From assembly GCF_000981445.1 (NCBI RefSeq), contig NC_027217.1, positions 186,001 through 250,000 on the forward strand: a stretch of 64,000 nucleotides of DNA, in the 5' to 3' direction. A program made the translations under genes and the position numbers. Each line of letters starts with the position of its first letter. The first letter of the stretch is position 1. The notes beneath the pieces are model-generated. The model had not been told where the DNA came from. It saw nothing but the letters and a program-made list of their open reading frames with translations, and did no database searches. Below are positions 1 to 10,600 of this stretch, piece by piece. This DNA comes from Babesia bigemina (taxonomy: Eukaryota).

Positions 1-1337
1 TGTCGTACGGCTCAGGCGCGATGGCCCTGGCGCGGTCCAGCATCAGCAAGGTGTCGAAGTACATCTTTGGCAAGCGCATGCCGTCCAAGTCGGACCCTGA
101 GAGCAGGGAGGGTGGCGCCGAGGGTGCTTCAGGCGCCGATGAGGACGCCGGGGAGGGCCCCCGCGTTGCTAAGCCAAACTCGACGGACGATTGCGAGCGA
201 CCGAACAGCGGCCGTGGCAACGGAAAGCCGCGCCATATCAGCCTCTACATCCCCAAGTTGCACTTGAAGTTCAGCGAACTTCGCAACGTGCTCTGCGACA
301 AGAACGTCCTGTTCTTGCTAACTGGCACTCACGCCAATTACGATTTGTGTAAGTCCGGGCGTTTTAGTTGTGCTGATGTGTCGCCAGGCCGCCTCTTTGC
401 GTGCCTCACCGGAGGCAAGAAACCTATAATGAAGTACGGCTGCAGCGAGATCTCCCCAACGGTACGTGCGGCATTCCGGAGTGCTCATCCGTCCGCAGTT
501 AACGCTGATCCCGCCGGCATTGGAGCAGCAACGTCTGATGGAATTGTACCATATCGGTTTGAACAACAAATTCAGGGACAAGCACGTGATTGGGCAGTAC
601 ATCGGCACTGCCGTGGACGCCGATCGCGGCCTGTCTGTGGTGAGGTCCGTGGACAGCGTGGACCTGAACTTTATGGTAAGTGTTCGTCTGTCACCAGTGT
701 TTAACGCTTAAACAGATCCCTTGCGTGCCGTATGAGCCCGGTTACTTCGTTTGCCGCGAAGACGACTACACCAAGCTGCTGCTCCCCCGGGAGCTGCACG
801 GCAGTATCATGGAGGACGGCACGTATCTGGGCCTGGGCGACGTCGGGTTTTACGTGGACATGTTCGGGTACCGGCACTTTTACTGGTCGCACAAGGTGGA
901 CCACTCCATCCCCCGCGGCGTGGCCTACCCGTACTTCGACATGCTCGCCCTGAACCAGGTGATGCAGCAGGCCATCTGCGCGCGGTACGACCTGACCGAG
1001 CCCGTGGTACGCGTCGAAACGATGTGGATGCCTCAGCCCAGGGGCGGCAGCAAGATCGTGTGCGCCGTGGAGCTCATCACTGCCCTGCGCAGCGAGATTG
1101 CGGAGGACATCACGTCGACGTTTTTGGACATGTGCAGTACGTTTATGCGGTGTTGCCGCTAATGCGCCTCAGAATCCGCCGGCGTCTTCACGAGCTGCCC
1201 CGTGCCGGACGAGATCCGGGTCGTTTCGATCCCTTGGGCCTACAAGGGCTCGGTGAACTACCCTGTGCTACGGGTGAGTGTGTGTCGTACATGTGTTGAC
1301 TGGCGCGCAGGAGCAATTGCAGAGGATGTCACCATAA
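1..1337 (+). CDS. 3' part of an AMP-binding (ANL superfamily) acyl-CoA synthetase-like gene; 5' end is outside the window
   Basis: Removing GT-AG introns 349-387, 462-498, 676-715, 1137-1172 and 1274-1310 gives one frame ending TAA 1335-1337. ANL-like motifs: KYGCSEISP (YGxxE), LGDVGFYVDMFGY (GDxG) and C-terminal PDEIRVVSIPWAYKGSVNYPVLR. Confidence 0.65.
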
Positions 1338-2040
1338 TGTCACGTCTTTTAAATTTACGCGTGTGTAAACGTTTCATTGTGGCCGGTTCGGTGAGCGCCG
1401 CCGCGGCTGCGGTGGTGTCTGAGAACGTTGTGACCCTGCGCTGGGTAAGTGCCCTCTGCCGGCCTTCCGCCATGACTCTCGCCAGGTCCGCACCGATAGC
1501 ATGTCGCCAGTGCTGTTCGCGCTCGACGGCTCCAGGGGTGGGTGCAGCTCCCCGCGTTTGACCCTGCTCAGACCTGGCGGTGGTGATCCGCGCCACCCGC
1601 TTCTATCGCAACGACGTCGTGCTGTACCAGCACCCCAACGACGGCACCGAGCTCTTCGGCCGCCTGGTGGAGATAAACGCCAGCGAGGCCCCCAGCCACA
1701 AAAAGCGCCGCGTGCCGTGCGGCCACTGCTGGTATGCGTACATGCCGGCTGCCCGTAACGCCACTCAGGGTTGAGAACGACAACCCGCGCTCGGACGAGC
1801 CGGACAGCAACGAGTTCGGAGCGGTGAGTGTTAGCTGTACAGTGCGGTGACCATGTGACCACGCCGTCTAGTCATGCATCGGTGAGCACTTGGGTGCGAC
1901 AGATTGAGTTGTGTCCTTTGCGTTAGCAATAGCGTTTCCGTGTGTTTGCGATTACTGTGCAGATCCCACTGGGACTCCTGCGCGGCTGCGTCTTGGCGAC
2001 GGTGTACCCGTTTTCGCGCGCCAAGGTGCTCGTCAACTGA
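1337..2040 (+). CDS. Mitochondrial inner membrane peptidase (IMP1/IMP2, S26 family)-like protein, 5 exons
   Basis: Introns 1445-1485, 1538-1571, 1732-1768 and 1824-1962. The spliced product has a hydrophobic N-terminus, DSMSPVL (catalytic Ser box) and VPCGHCWVENDN...DSNEFGAIPLGLLRG..VYP, typical IMP motifs. Confidence 0.75.
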
Positions 2041-5000
2041 GCGAGCTGACCAGGTCTGGCGGCACCTTTCTGCGTATGTTGTTGTGGAGCGCAGCCTGGA
2101 TGTCAACACTTGAGTTGGGGCAGCCAGGTGGCGTGAGCTTGAGAGCCCTGGTGTTCGCGTGGCGCCATGTGGCTCCGCCCGCATCACTGGTCACAAGGCC
2201 GGGGGGCGTGTTGCTCCCACCCGCCTTCTGCTGGTTCACACTTGACCCGTTAATGGAGGACGAAGTGTCCTGTTGTTCGCTTTTACTCTTTTGCTTTGTA
2301 GAGCCTGCGGGCCTCCCTCTCTTGCGTTTGACCGTCTCCGCCGTGTCCGTTGCCGGGTTTGTCACGGCGGCAGAGGTGGGGCTGCCACGTCTGACGTCGC
2401 CGGGCGCCCTCGTGCCCTGTGACACCAAGCTGAATTGGTTGTCTCTTGTCAGCGCCATCCCTTGCACCACTGGCCTCTTCTCATGGGTGTCTGCCCGTTC
2501 GACGTCGTGCCTGCCCGGTGCGGAGGCGGCCTTGAGCGCTTCAACTATTTTGGCCACAGCTACACCCTTCAAAGTCGGTGATGTGGTCTTGGCCTCGCCG
2601 GATTCTTGCGCAGTTGCCTTTTGGGACCGCTGCGATTTCTTAGCCCCCGACGTGGTCGGTTGCTCGACCTGGCAAGTGGCGTCGGGAGCGTCAATGCCAG
2701 CCGGCGCAGGGTTCTGGGCGAACTGATAGTTGATGATGTAGACACTGATTTGTCCACGTCTGAGCTTGCCCGCGCCCGGCCCCAACAGCAGCACAGTGCG
2801 CCCGAACCGGTTGGAACTCCGCCTGCACTCGCGCAAGATGCGCAGGTTCACCATTTCCTGGATGACCTGGAAGATGTACTTGGGCTTGCAATGCTTGAGA
2901 GCGCCGTGGTTGGAGTTCTGCTGCAGCCTGTACTTGATCAGCGTCGACCTGTTCGAGCCCCTAAGGGCGTCGCAGAGGATATTGATCGTCAGTATCCCCT
3001 TGGTGCGGCGTTCCATGGTTTCGTGCACAAACTTGCAGATGGTGACGGCGTCGTCCGTCGCATCGACGCGCTCGGTCATGCAGCTGAGGCAGCAGTTGTC
3101 GCAGCCGTTGCAGTTATCCGGCAGGACGCCCGTCGGGTCCTCGCCAAAGGCCCTGAAGAGCATCAGCCTCCTGCAGGTGGACTTGTTCTGGCAGAACTCG
3201 CGCATGTTCGACAGCGAAGGGTAGTCGGCGATCTCCTCCCCTGGTATGCCCTTCGTCTTGGGCGTCTTGTGCCCGAGGTTCTTGTGGCGCTCAAAGTCGC
3301 GCATGTTGTACCACAGGATGGTGGTGGAATACTTGCCGTCGCGCCCAGCGCGCCCGATTTCCTGGTAGTAGCCAAGTATGGATACAGGCGCGGACGTGTG
3401 GAAGACAAACCTCACGTCGGGCTTGTCGATGCCCATACCGAAGGCTATGGTCGCCACCATCACGCGCACCACGCCGCTGGTCCACTTCTGCTGGATTTCT
3501 TTGCGGTCGTTGATGTCCAGCCTCGCGTGGTACACCCCCGCCGAAATGCCCGCCTTCTGCAGCGCCTCCGCCACCTTCTCGCTGTCGCCGACCGTGAGCG
3601 TGTACACGATACCGCACCCCGTCGTGGTCTTGAGGATGTCTGTCATTTCCTTGAGGTAATCCTTGGTCTTTTCGCGACACTCGATCCACAAGTTCGGCCG
3701 GTTGATCGTCGTCCTCAGCTTGACGCATCTCGGGATTCGGAGCACACGCATGATGTCAGTGGCAACGTCCTCCGTGGCCGTCGCGGTCATGGCGAGAATG
3801 GGCACATAGGGGTACTTCTCCTTGAGGTTGCACAGCTGGCGGTAGTCCTTCCTGAATGAGAGGCCCCACTGCGACACGCAGTGCGCCTCGTCGATCACGA
3901 AGAGCTTGAGCCGCTCGGAGTCGCAGAGGTCATCCAGCAGCTTGAGCAGGACGGCCGATTTCTCGAACTTTTCGGGCGTGATGAACAGGATCGAGCCGTT
4001 CTCGAACTCTTGCTGCTTGTCGAGGTACCTCTTCGCGATCTGTCGCGTGGTGGCGGCGGAGGTGCCGGCGTTGATGGTATCGGCTGTGATGCCGTACGAC
4101 CTCAGCACGCGCATCTGGTCCTCCATCAGCGAGATCAGCGGCGAGAACACCACCACCACACCACCCAGCAACAACGACGGCAGTTGGTAGCAGTGGCTCT
4201 TACCGCCTCCGGTGGCCATCATGAGGAAGCAGTCCCTGCCCAGCAGCACGGCGTTGATCGCCGCCAGCTGCACCCCCCTGAACGAGCTGTACCCGAACAC
4301 CCTGGTGTTCACGTCGTTCACCTTCTGGCTAAATTCGAACTGCTCCCGGAAGAGCTGCATGTTAGACTGCAAGACCTCCTTGGGCACCCTCAGGTCCATG
4401 CCGTCGATCTCGCACGAGTTCACTTTTTCCATGTAGATTTTGCGGGCCTCGGACAGGGGGTCCGACAGGTGGGATATGTCGCCCGCGGCGTCCTGCTCGA
4501 AGTCCTCGGTGCCGTAGATGTCTTCCTCCTCATCGTCGAAGAGGTCTTCGCTCTTTTTGGTTTTCTTCTTGCTTTGAGACTCCGCATTCGCGGTTTTGGC
4601 ACGTTTTGCGTTGCGTTCCTGCTCCTTCGACAGCTTAAGCTCGTTCATGGTGCGAATCTTGGGGAAGCTGTGGGACTCAGTATCCGACTCGACCGGAGTC
4701 GCTGCGTTAACGGGGTCCTCTTGCTGCCGCGCCTGCTGATGCGTTTGCTGCGTGATGAACCTCTCGATTTCGGCGTCGATATCGACGTCCATTGGGATGC
4801 TGTCGTCGACCACCAGCACCTTCGTGGACTCCATGTTCGAGGGCACGGGCGTGACGCTCAAGGGCTTGTCGCTGCGTTCCGTCGTGGACACGATCCTAGT
4901 ATCCGGTTGCGTGTTGCGCCTCACCACAGGGGTTTTGGGCTTGCTCTGCTGCGACAGCAGATCGTTTTGCGGCGTGCGTGTCTTCGGCATGGCGTAGTTC

Positions 5001-7102
5001 AGGTTCAGCTTCTTCGGAAGCACCAGCTGGTACTGCGAGAGGTCGTCGTACTCGAAGTTCACCCTGACGGCTTCGTTGATGAATCTCTGTGCTCTGGACT
5101 GCATTCCCAAAACGTGCTCCCATCGCTCTTCGGCGTCCTCGCCGGCGTTGAGGCACTCCGCGACCTCCCTAAGCAGAGCCACCAAATGCTTCACCGCGAA
5201 GAAGCTGACCGCCTCGGTAATAACGGAGCTGTCGGACTTGTACCCGTTGGAGCTGATGGATCGCCTCCTCAACGGCTTACGAGATTGCGATTCATCAGGT
5301 GATTCAATTTTGGGCGAATGTGACGACTTCGACTCGAGTGATAACGAGTGCCTCCTGGACTCCGCATTAGACTGCGCGCCGTCCGTTGCGCAGATAGATT
5401 CCGCGGTCGATTCAATCGACCACTTTCGGGCTGATGGCTTGATCGGACCCTCGTCCAACTTCTCGTCCGACGCATTGACCCCGAAGTCGTGCGCCTCCTC
5501 GTCGACCCCCAGACGCGACGTGGAGTCGTTGGTTGCATGCGTTACATTTTCCGCCACGTCGTCAACAACGTCAAGATCCACGACAGTGATGGAAGAAGCG
5601 TGGCTTTTGAGCGTCTCATCACCCCACGGCTTGGAACTGTACACCGTTGCCTTGTCAAGGTCGGCGTCGTCCCCGACATCGATGGCCGTATCGATGTCGA
5701 TGCCCATCATATCGTCCATGGCGGATGCAATGTCGTCGATATCGGTTTTGGCGGACGAGTCGCTCCCTTTGTGCGTACTCGATCCGAGGTCTTGAACCTC
5801 TTCGACATCAAGGTGGTCGTCTATGGTGTGTTTATTCCCGAAGCTGCCAGTTCTAAGTCTGATAACTTTCGACTCGTTCGCCACATCGTCGCACTCAGGC
5901 ACTGCTGCGCCTTTGATGAGGGCGCTATCCGGCAGAGGCAGGGTGACTTTCGGCACCTTTTTTGACCCCACGAAAGTATCCGCCGAATCTTGGGTGAACT
6001 GCGAGCCCATATGTGATTCCACCATATCGAGCACATGGCCCCGATCCTTGTTGAACACGTTAGCCTTATCACCCGATCCCGTTTTCTTATGCATGTCTGG
6101 GACGTCTGGCGTGAACAGTCCGTCGGGGATGTCCATCGCGTAGTCACCGTGGTTGTTCGTCTGCATGTTGGCGCCGGCCACATCGTCAGCAGCCCCGGGC
6201 ATGCCATTGAGGCTCGTGTTCAGGACCCGCTGCGGTCGGTATATGGTCAACGAGTGTTCGTCTGCGGCGCCGTCGGGGTCCAGGGAGTGCGTCCTTTTGG
6301 TCAACTCCTTTTGCCCGAATTCAGGTGTGCCGTACTTGTTAACAGCGCTGACCATTGTGTCCCGGTCGTTTTCCGCGTATCCAACTGCGCCTACGTCGTA
6401 GTTCGCGCCCAACTCTGGCGATTCGATGAACTTATCGCACACTTGGGTCGGCTTGAACAGGGTGTCCCCCTCGTCATCTGGCAGGTCAGTTATGGAATCC
6501 TCGGGCAGAGGCTCCTCATCAAAAGAGCGCTCCACGTTGGCCTCTTGGCCTACACCCAGTGCGACTTTCATTTGGGTGCTCACTACATTGTGCAGCCCCT
6601 CGTACATACCGCTGAAAAGCGCCTCGATGTCGATCTCCGAAAGCGGGTTGCTCGGCGTGCCGAATATATTGGGGTGCTGGGACAGCGTCATTTCGCCGTC
6701 GGCGTCGCCGCCCCTTTTGGGCACCGGCTTTCTAGTCACCAGCACGTTCTTGCGATTTTTCAGCTCGGACGGAGTGCGGGGCGGCGACTCCGCCACAACG
6801 CCGGCGGTCCTGGGGCTGCGTCTCTTGCGTGTGTTGGCGGCGCTGCTCGCGTTGCGCAACCCCGCACGCCGCGTGATCACCTTGCCCAACATTTGCTCCT
6901 CGTTGTTTTCACGCGCCCGGCTGGTGCCCCTGGTACGCGTGTGTTTGGGCGCCATCTCGCCGGACTGCAGGGAGCCCTCACGCTGCTCCACGTTGACCAG
7001 CGGGAGCTCACGGTCGTTCCCGCCGCCGGACTTACGCAGCCTGGTGTAGGTGACGCCGTCGGAGTGGTTCCGCGTGCTCGCCAGGAGCATGCTGATATCC
7101 AT
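2033..7102 (-). CDS. RecQ-family DNA helicase (BLM/Sgs1-like) with a long disordered N-terminus
   Basis: Single long ORF with first ATG at 7102. Motifs FRGVQ, MATGGGKS, DEAHCVSQWG, ATIAFGMGIDKPDVR and QEIGRAGRDG, an RQC zinc site (CRR...CNGCDNC) and a following winged-helix region. Confidence 0.95.
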   Translation of the reverse strand: MDISMLLASTRNHSDGVTYTRLRKSGGGNDRELPLVNVEQREGSLQSGEMAPKHTRTRGTSRARENNEEQMLGKVITRRAGLRNASSAANTRKRRSPRTAGVVAESPPRTPSELKNRKNVLVTRKPVPKRGGDADGEMTLSQHPNIFGTPSNPLSEIDIEALFSGMYEGLHNVVSTQMKVALGVGQEANVERSFDEEPLPEDSITDLPDDEGDTLFKPTQVCDKFIESPELGANYDVGAVGYAENDRDTMVSAVNKYGTPEFGQKELTKRTHSLDPDGAADEHSLTIYRPQRVLNTSLNGMPGAADDVAGANMQTNNHGDYAMDIPDGLFTPDVPDMHKKTGSGDKANVFNKDRGHVLDMVESHMGSQFTQDSADTFVGSKKVPKVTLPLPDSALIKGAAVPECDDVANESKVIRLRTGSFGNKHTIDDHLDVEEVQDLGSSTHKGSDSSAKTDIDDIASAMDDMMGIDIDTAIDVGDDADLDKATVYSSKPWGDETLKSHASSITVVDLDVVDDVAENVTHATNDSTSRLGVDEEAHDFGVNASDEKLDEGPIKPSARKWSIESTAESICATDGAQSNAESRRHSLSLESKSSHSPKIESPDESQSRKPLRRRSISSNGYKSDSSVITEAVSFFAVKHLVALLREVAECLNAGEDAEERWEHVLGMQSRAQRFINEAVRVNFEYDDLSQYQLVLPKKLNLNYAMPKTRTPQNDLLSQQSKPKTPVVRRNTQPDTRIVSTTERSDKPLSVTPVPSNMESTKVLVVDDSIPMDVDIDAEIERFITQQTHQQARQQEDPVNAATPVESDTESHSFPKIRTMNELKLSKEQERNAKRAKTANAESQSKKKTKKSEDLFDDEEEDIYGTEDFEQDAAGDISHLSDPLSEARKIYMEKVNSCEIDGMDLRVPKEVLQSNMQLFREQFEFSQKVNDVNTRVFGYSSFRGVQLAAINAVLLGRDCFLMMATGGGKSHCYQLPSLLLGGVVVVFSPLISLMEDQMRVLRSYGITADTINAGTSAATTRQIAKRYLDKQQEFENGSILFITPEKFEKSAVLLKLLDDLCDSERLKLFVIDEAHCVSQWGLSFRKDYRQLCNLKEKYPYVPILAMTATATEDVATDIMRVLRIPRCVKLRTTINRPNLWIECREKTKDYLKEMTDILKTTTGCGIVYTLTVGDSEKVAEALQKAGISAGVYHARLDINDRKEIQQKWTSGVVRVMVATIAFGMGIDKPDVRFVFHTSAPVSILGYYQEIGRAGRDGKYSTTILWYNMRDFERHKNLGHKTPKTKGIPGEEIADYPSLSNMREFCQNKSTCRRLMLFRAFGEDPTGVLPDNCNGCDNCCLSCMTERVDATDDAVTICKFVHETMERRTKGILTINILCDALRGSNRSTLIKYRLQQNSNHGALKHCKPKYIFQVIQEMVNLRILRECRRSSNRFGRTVLLLGPGAGKLRRGQISVYIINYQFAQNPAPAGIDAPDATCQVEQPTTSGAKKSQRSQKATAQESGEAKTTSPTLKGVAVAKIVEALKAASAPGRHDVERADTHEKRPVVQGMALTRDNQFSLVSQGTRAPGDVRRGSPTSAAVTNPATDTAETVKRKRGRPAGSTKQKSKSEQQDTSSSINGSSVNQQKAGGSNTPPGLVTSDAGGATWRHANTRALKLTPPGCPNSSVDIQAALHNNIRRKVPPDLVSSLS

Positions 7103-7602
7103 GGCTGCGTGGCTTGCTTCGAAGTGGCGCCTCGGCCCAGATACGCTGCTCGTCGCGCTTGTACCGCTCAAAAGCACCCTGAGTATCGCACAAACGACCT
7201 TGTCTGCTTATGCTGAGCGGCATACAGCCTTTATACCGGGGTTAAGCGGTTGAGTTGCGGCACAGCACACACATCAACAGCTCCGGGCGACTTTCGTGTC
7301 TATCCCGCAAGTACACAACAACAGATACCCATGTATAACGCGATACACACGCGCGAACGGCTTGTCTTCCGCTGCTACGGCGACAGGCAGTATTGGCTGT
7401 GTGTGACGTCGTTGGACAACAATCTCGCGACTCTCTTCCGCGCGCGCAAGAAAAACAGTCGGGTACAACCTTAAAACAACGATGTGTGTATGTGTGTGCC
7501 GCTAAACACGGTGTGATCACGCCGAGGTGACGGCCGTGGTGTTCGGCGTCCCAACCCGCCTTGCGATGTCGACCCCGGTGGCGGCGTTGCGCAGCAGTAC
7601 AT

Positions 7603-10600
7603 TCAGAGCACAAGGCCGTTGATCACGCCGGGGCCGTTGAGTGGGAAGTGCAGCGTCGCATTGCGGAGGTCGATTCCGGAGATAAGCTGAGGGGTGAGAA
7701 CGAAGTACTGCGGCGGCGGCTTGACCGCCAGAGCTTCGACCGGTTCGTCAGTCTGGCTGCCGTTTTCGCCCAGTCCGGGCTCGTTGTTGGAGATGTGGGT
7801 GTGCAGAAGCAGCGTCATGATGCGAGTCTCGTAGTTGGAGTCCAGACCCTGGTTGATTTCGTCGATGACGAAGAACGCGTTGCTCGTGAGGTGCTGCACC
7901 GCCAGTATGTAGACCATCGTGCTCACGCCGCGCTCGCCACCAGATTGGTACGACGCGGCCAGAGGCAGCATGTCCCTGTCACCGTGGAATTTAACTAAGA
8001 TCTTGATCTGGGCGTCCTTGATCTCATCCAGCTTCGCCTCCAGCCTGATTTGCCCGCCCGCGCCTTCCCCGATTTGCTGCATGTACTTACCGAAGTTGGC
8101 ATCTATGCGCGCAACCAACGCTCTGACGCGTCTGATCCACGTGTCGTAGAGCCGGTCCTTTTCGTCGTTGAGCTCCTTCGCGTTGGCCTCCGCCTGCGCG
8201 ATCTCGGTTGACAGCTTCTCCTCGTGAATGATCGAGTCCCTCATGTCCCTTGCGTTCTGGGTCTCCTCGCAGTCGTCGCGTTCCAGCTGCTTCACGTTCA
8301 GTTCTGCGATCTGCAGCTCGCGCTCGAGGTCGGCCTCCGTCATATTGTCCAGCTTGCTCGCCTTCTGCTGCCGGATTTTAAGCGCTTCGCGCTCCCGGGC
8401 CTGCTCCGACTGCTCAGCCCTGGCATTCGCGCTGACAATCTCGCCGCTGATGGCTTTGATGAGGATGTTAAGCTCGTTGATGTCCTTCACGTACTGCTTG
8501 TGTTTGCTTTCCTGCTCGGCCAGGGTGCCCTCGAGCCGTTTGAACTCCGTTTTCACCTCCTCGTACGTCGTGGAGGAGATCTTGAACAGGTCTTCCAGAC
8601 GCATTTTACGCCTGTTTAACGTTTTATATTGGGTATACAGATCTTGCGCCTCTTGCAGGGTTATCCTGCGCAGTTTGGTCTTCTCGATCCACTTCTGGAT
8701 CGCGTCAGTCCTCGCCGCGATCGCCTCCTTTAGTTCCTCCCTCTGCGCCTTTTCCATTTTATCGATCTCCTCCTTGCGCTTGTCTTTCGACGTGCCGCTG
8801 CCGAAGTTTCCGTCAATGCCCTGCAGCGTTTTTTCCAGGGAGTGCCGCTCCCGGCTCAGAGCGTACACCCTGCCGGCAGCGGCCTTGTTATCCTGTTTGC
8901 GGCCGTAGAGCATGCCGCCGAGCACCCTGATCCGCTCGGCGACGTCTTTAAGCTCGCGTTCGACAGCCTCCACGCCCTGGGCGCTGGTGGTCTCGGTGAC
9001 CTTGTTGCAGTCGTGGAGCATCGTCGGTGCGGTGGGTATTTCCACCGCGTAGTCGCTGTATACGTCATCCGCGTCCTTAAACGACCTGTAGATGTGCCGT
9101 TTTGTGCCCACGTAGTACCTCAAAATGCGCACGTGTTGGCCTACCTGCTTCCCTATCTCCTTCACCATGCAATCGTAGAACCTGCGGAAGAATTGCTCCT
9201 CCTTGGCCTGGCGGTCGTGGTGTGGGTTGTCTGTTGCGATATGTGCTGGCGCCATATTGTCCACAACTTCTGTTTTCTGGTGGTTGTCGTCAGTTGGCGT
9301 TACGGACTCTTGCTTTGTTACACCATCCGTTTTCGCGCCTTTGGCGTCGGAGGATGGTGAGATGCAGGTGTTGTCCGGCATCGTTTGCGATCTTGATTTT
9401 AGTGGTTGGTTTGGTGACTGGCTGTTCTCATCTTGTGAGCGGGGAGTTTCCGCGCTTCTAAAACGGGAGTATTTCGTCGCCCTGGTAATCAGCCGCCTCA
9501 CTGGTGCTTTGGCAAGGCCCCTTTCCGGTGTTTCACCTGCGCTCGCATTGTTCGAGTTCTCACCACCGTTTTCCTCTGCTTTTCCTGGGGATTCTGTAGT
9601 GCCGCATACGTTGGCAGATGCCGATGGTGTACCTTCCTGCACCGACGCGGTGCGACATTGGCTGTCAGCAGGTGCCGTGGCAGGATCGGCGCCGTCTTCA
9701 TTTACTGAGTCAGTGCCGTTCCCTTCCTGTGTTAGGGTCTCAGATGCGCTCCGCGACCGTCGGCCTGACGTGGTTTCATCAGCATTTACTGGCGATGTTG
9801 CACGCGGGGTGGGAGTCCCATCGTCTTTAGAAAAGGCTCCCGACACAGGAGATTCCGATGCGTCTGGGTTAATCTCCTTTTCCAGTCTAGCGAGCAGGAC
9901 GTTCTCATCTACCACGAACGATGTGCCCAAATTCGCAACGGAGGCTAGGGTGTATTTAGTGTCCATGTCGCTGCATTCCACAAGCTCGTGCAGGAAATGC
10001 TTCACGCCGAAGCTTCGCATCTTGTCAGTGACTTTGCACAGCACCGGGGTTCTATCCGGGGCGGTAACCGAAGGAACTTTGAATTTGCTTAGCACCGTCG
10101 TTACCGTCAGGGCGGAATCCTTAGAAATCATTAAACAGTCCAGGTAACGGCTCGCTGCCTCCTCTACTATGCAACAGTTTACGCGACCGTGCACCTTCAT
10201 GTCCGATATTAGCAGTTTAGGCAACTTAGCGGTCCGTTTATCACGCTTGTCTGCTCCATTCTCGCTGTTGGAGCCATCCCCACCTGTCGCATTTGCGTTG
10301 TCGCCCTGGCTCTGCTGGTTGCCCCTCTCATTTGCATTCTGAGCGCCACCGTCAGACTCGGATTTGACTAACTGCGCTTTATCGGCGGCAGTTGGGTTAG
10401 ACCTGCCCAAATTTGCCTGCTCTTGCTCCCTGATTTGTTCGCGCCGCCACCTGATGAATTGGCGATACCCGTCACGCTTGATGGCGTTCAGGTTCTTCAG
10501 CAGGTTTTCAACTTGGATATCCCCGTATCTGCGCACAGCGGCTCCCTGTAGTCTGCGTAGGGTGCTTTTTAGGGTTTCTTCGTTCATCCTGCAGTCTGCG

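Noticed and set aside
2606..7216. Long + strand ORFs (417, 473 and 393 aa) opposite RecQ, and similar ORFs opposite eEF1-gamma and RPL6
   Set aside because: Antisense shadow frames caused by GC3-rich codon usage; no recognisable motifs.
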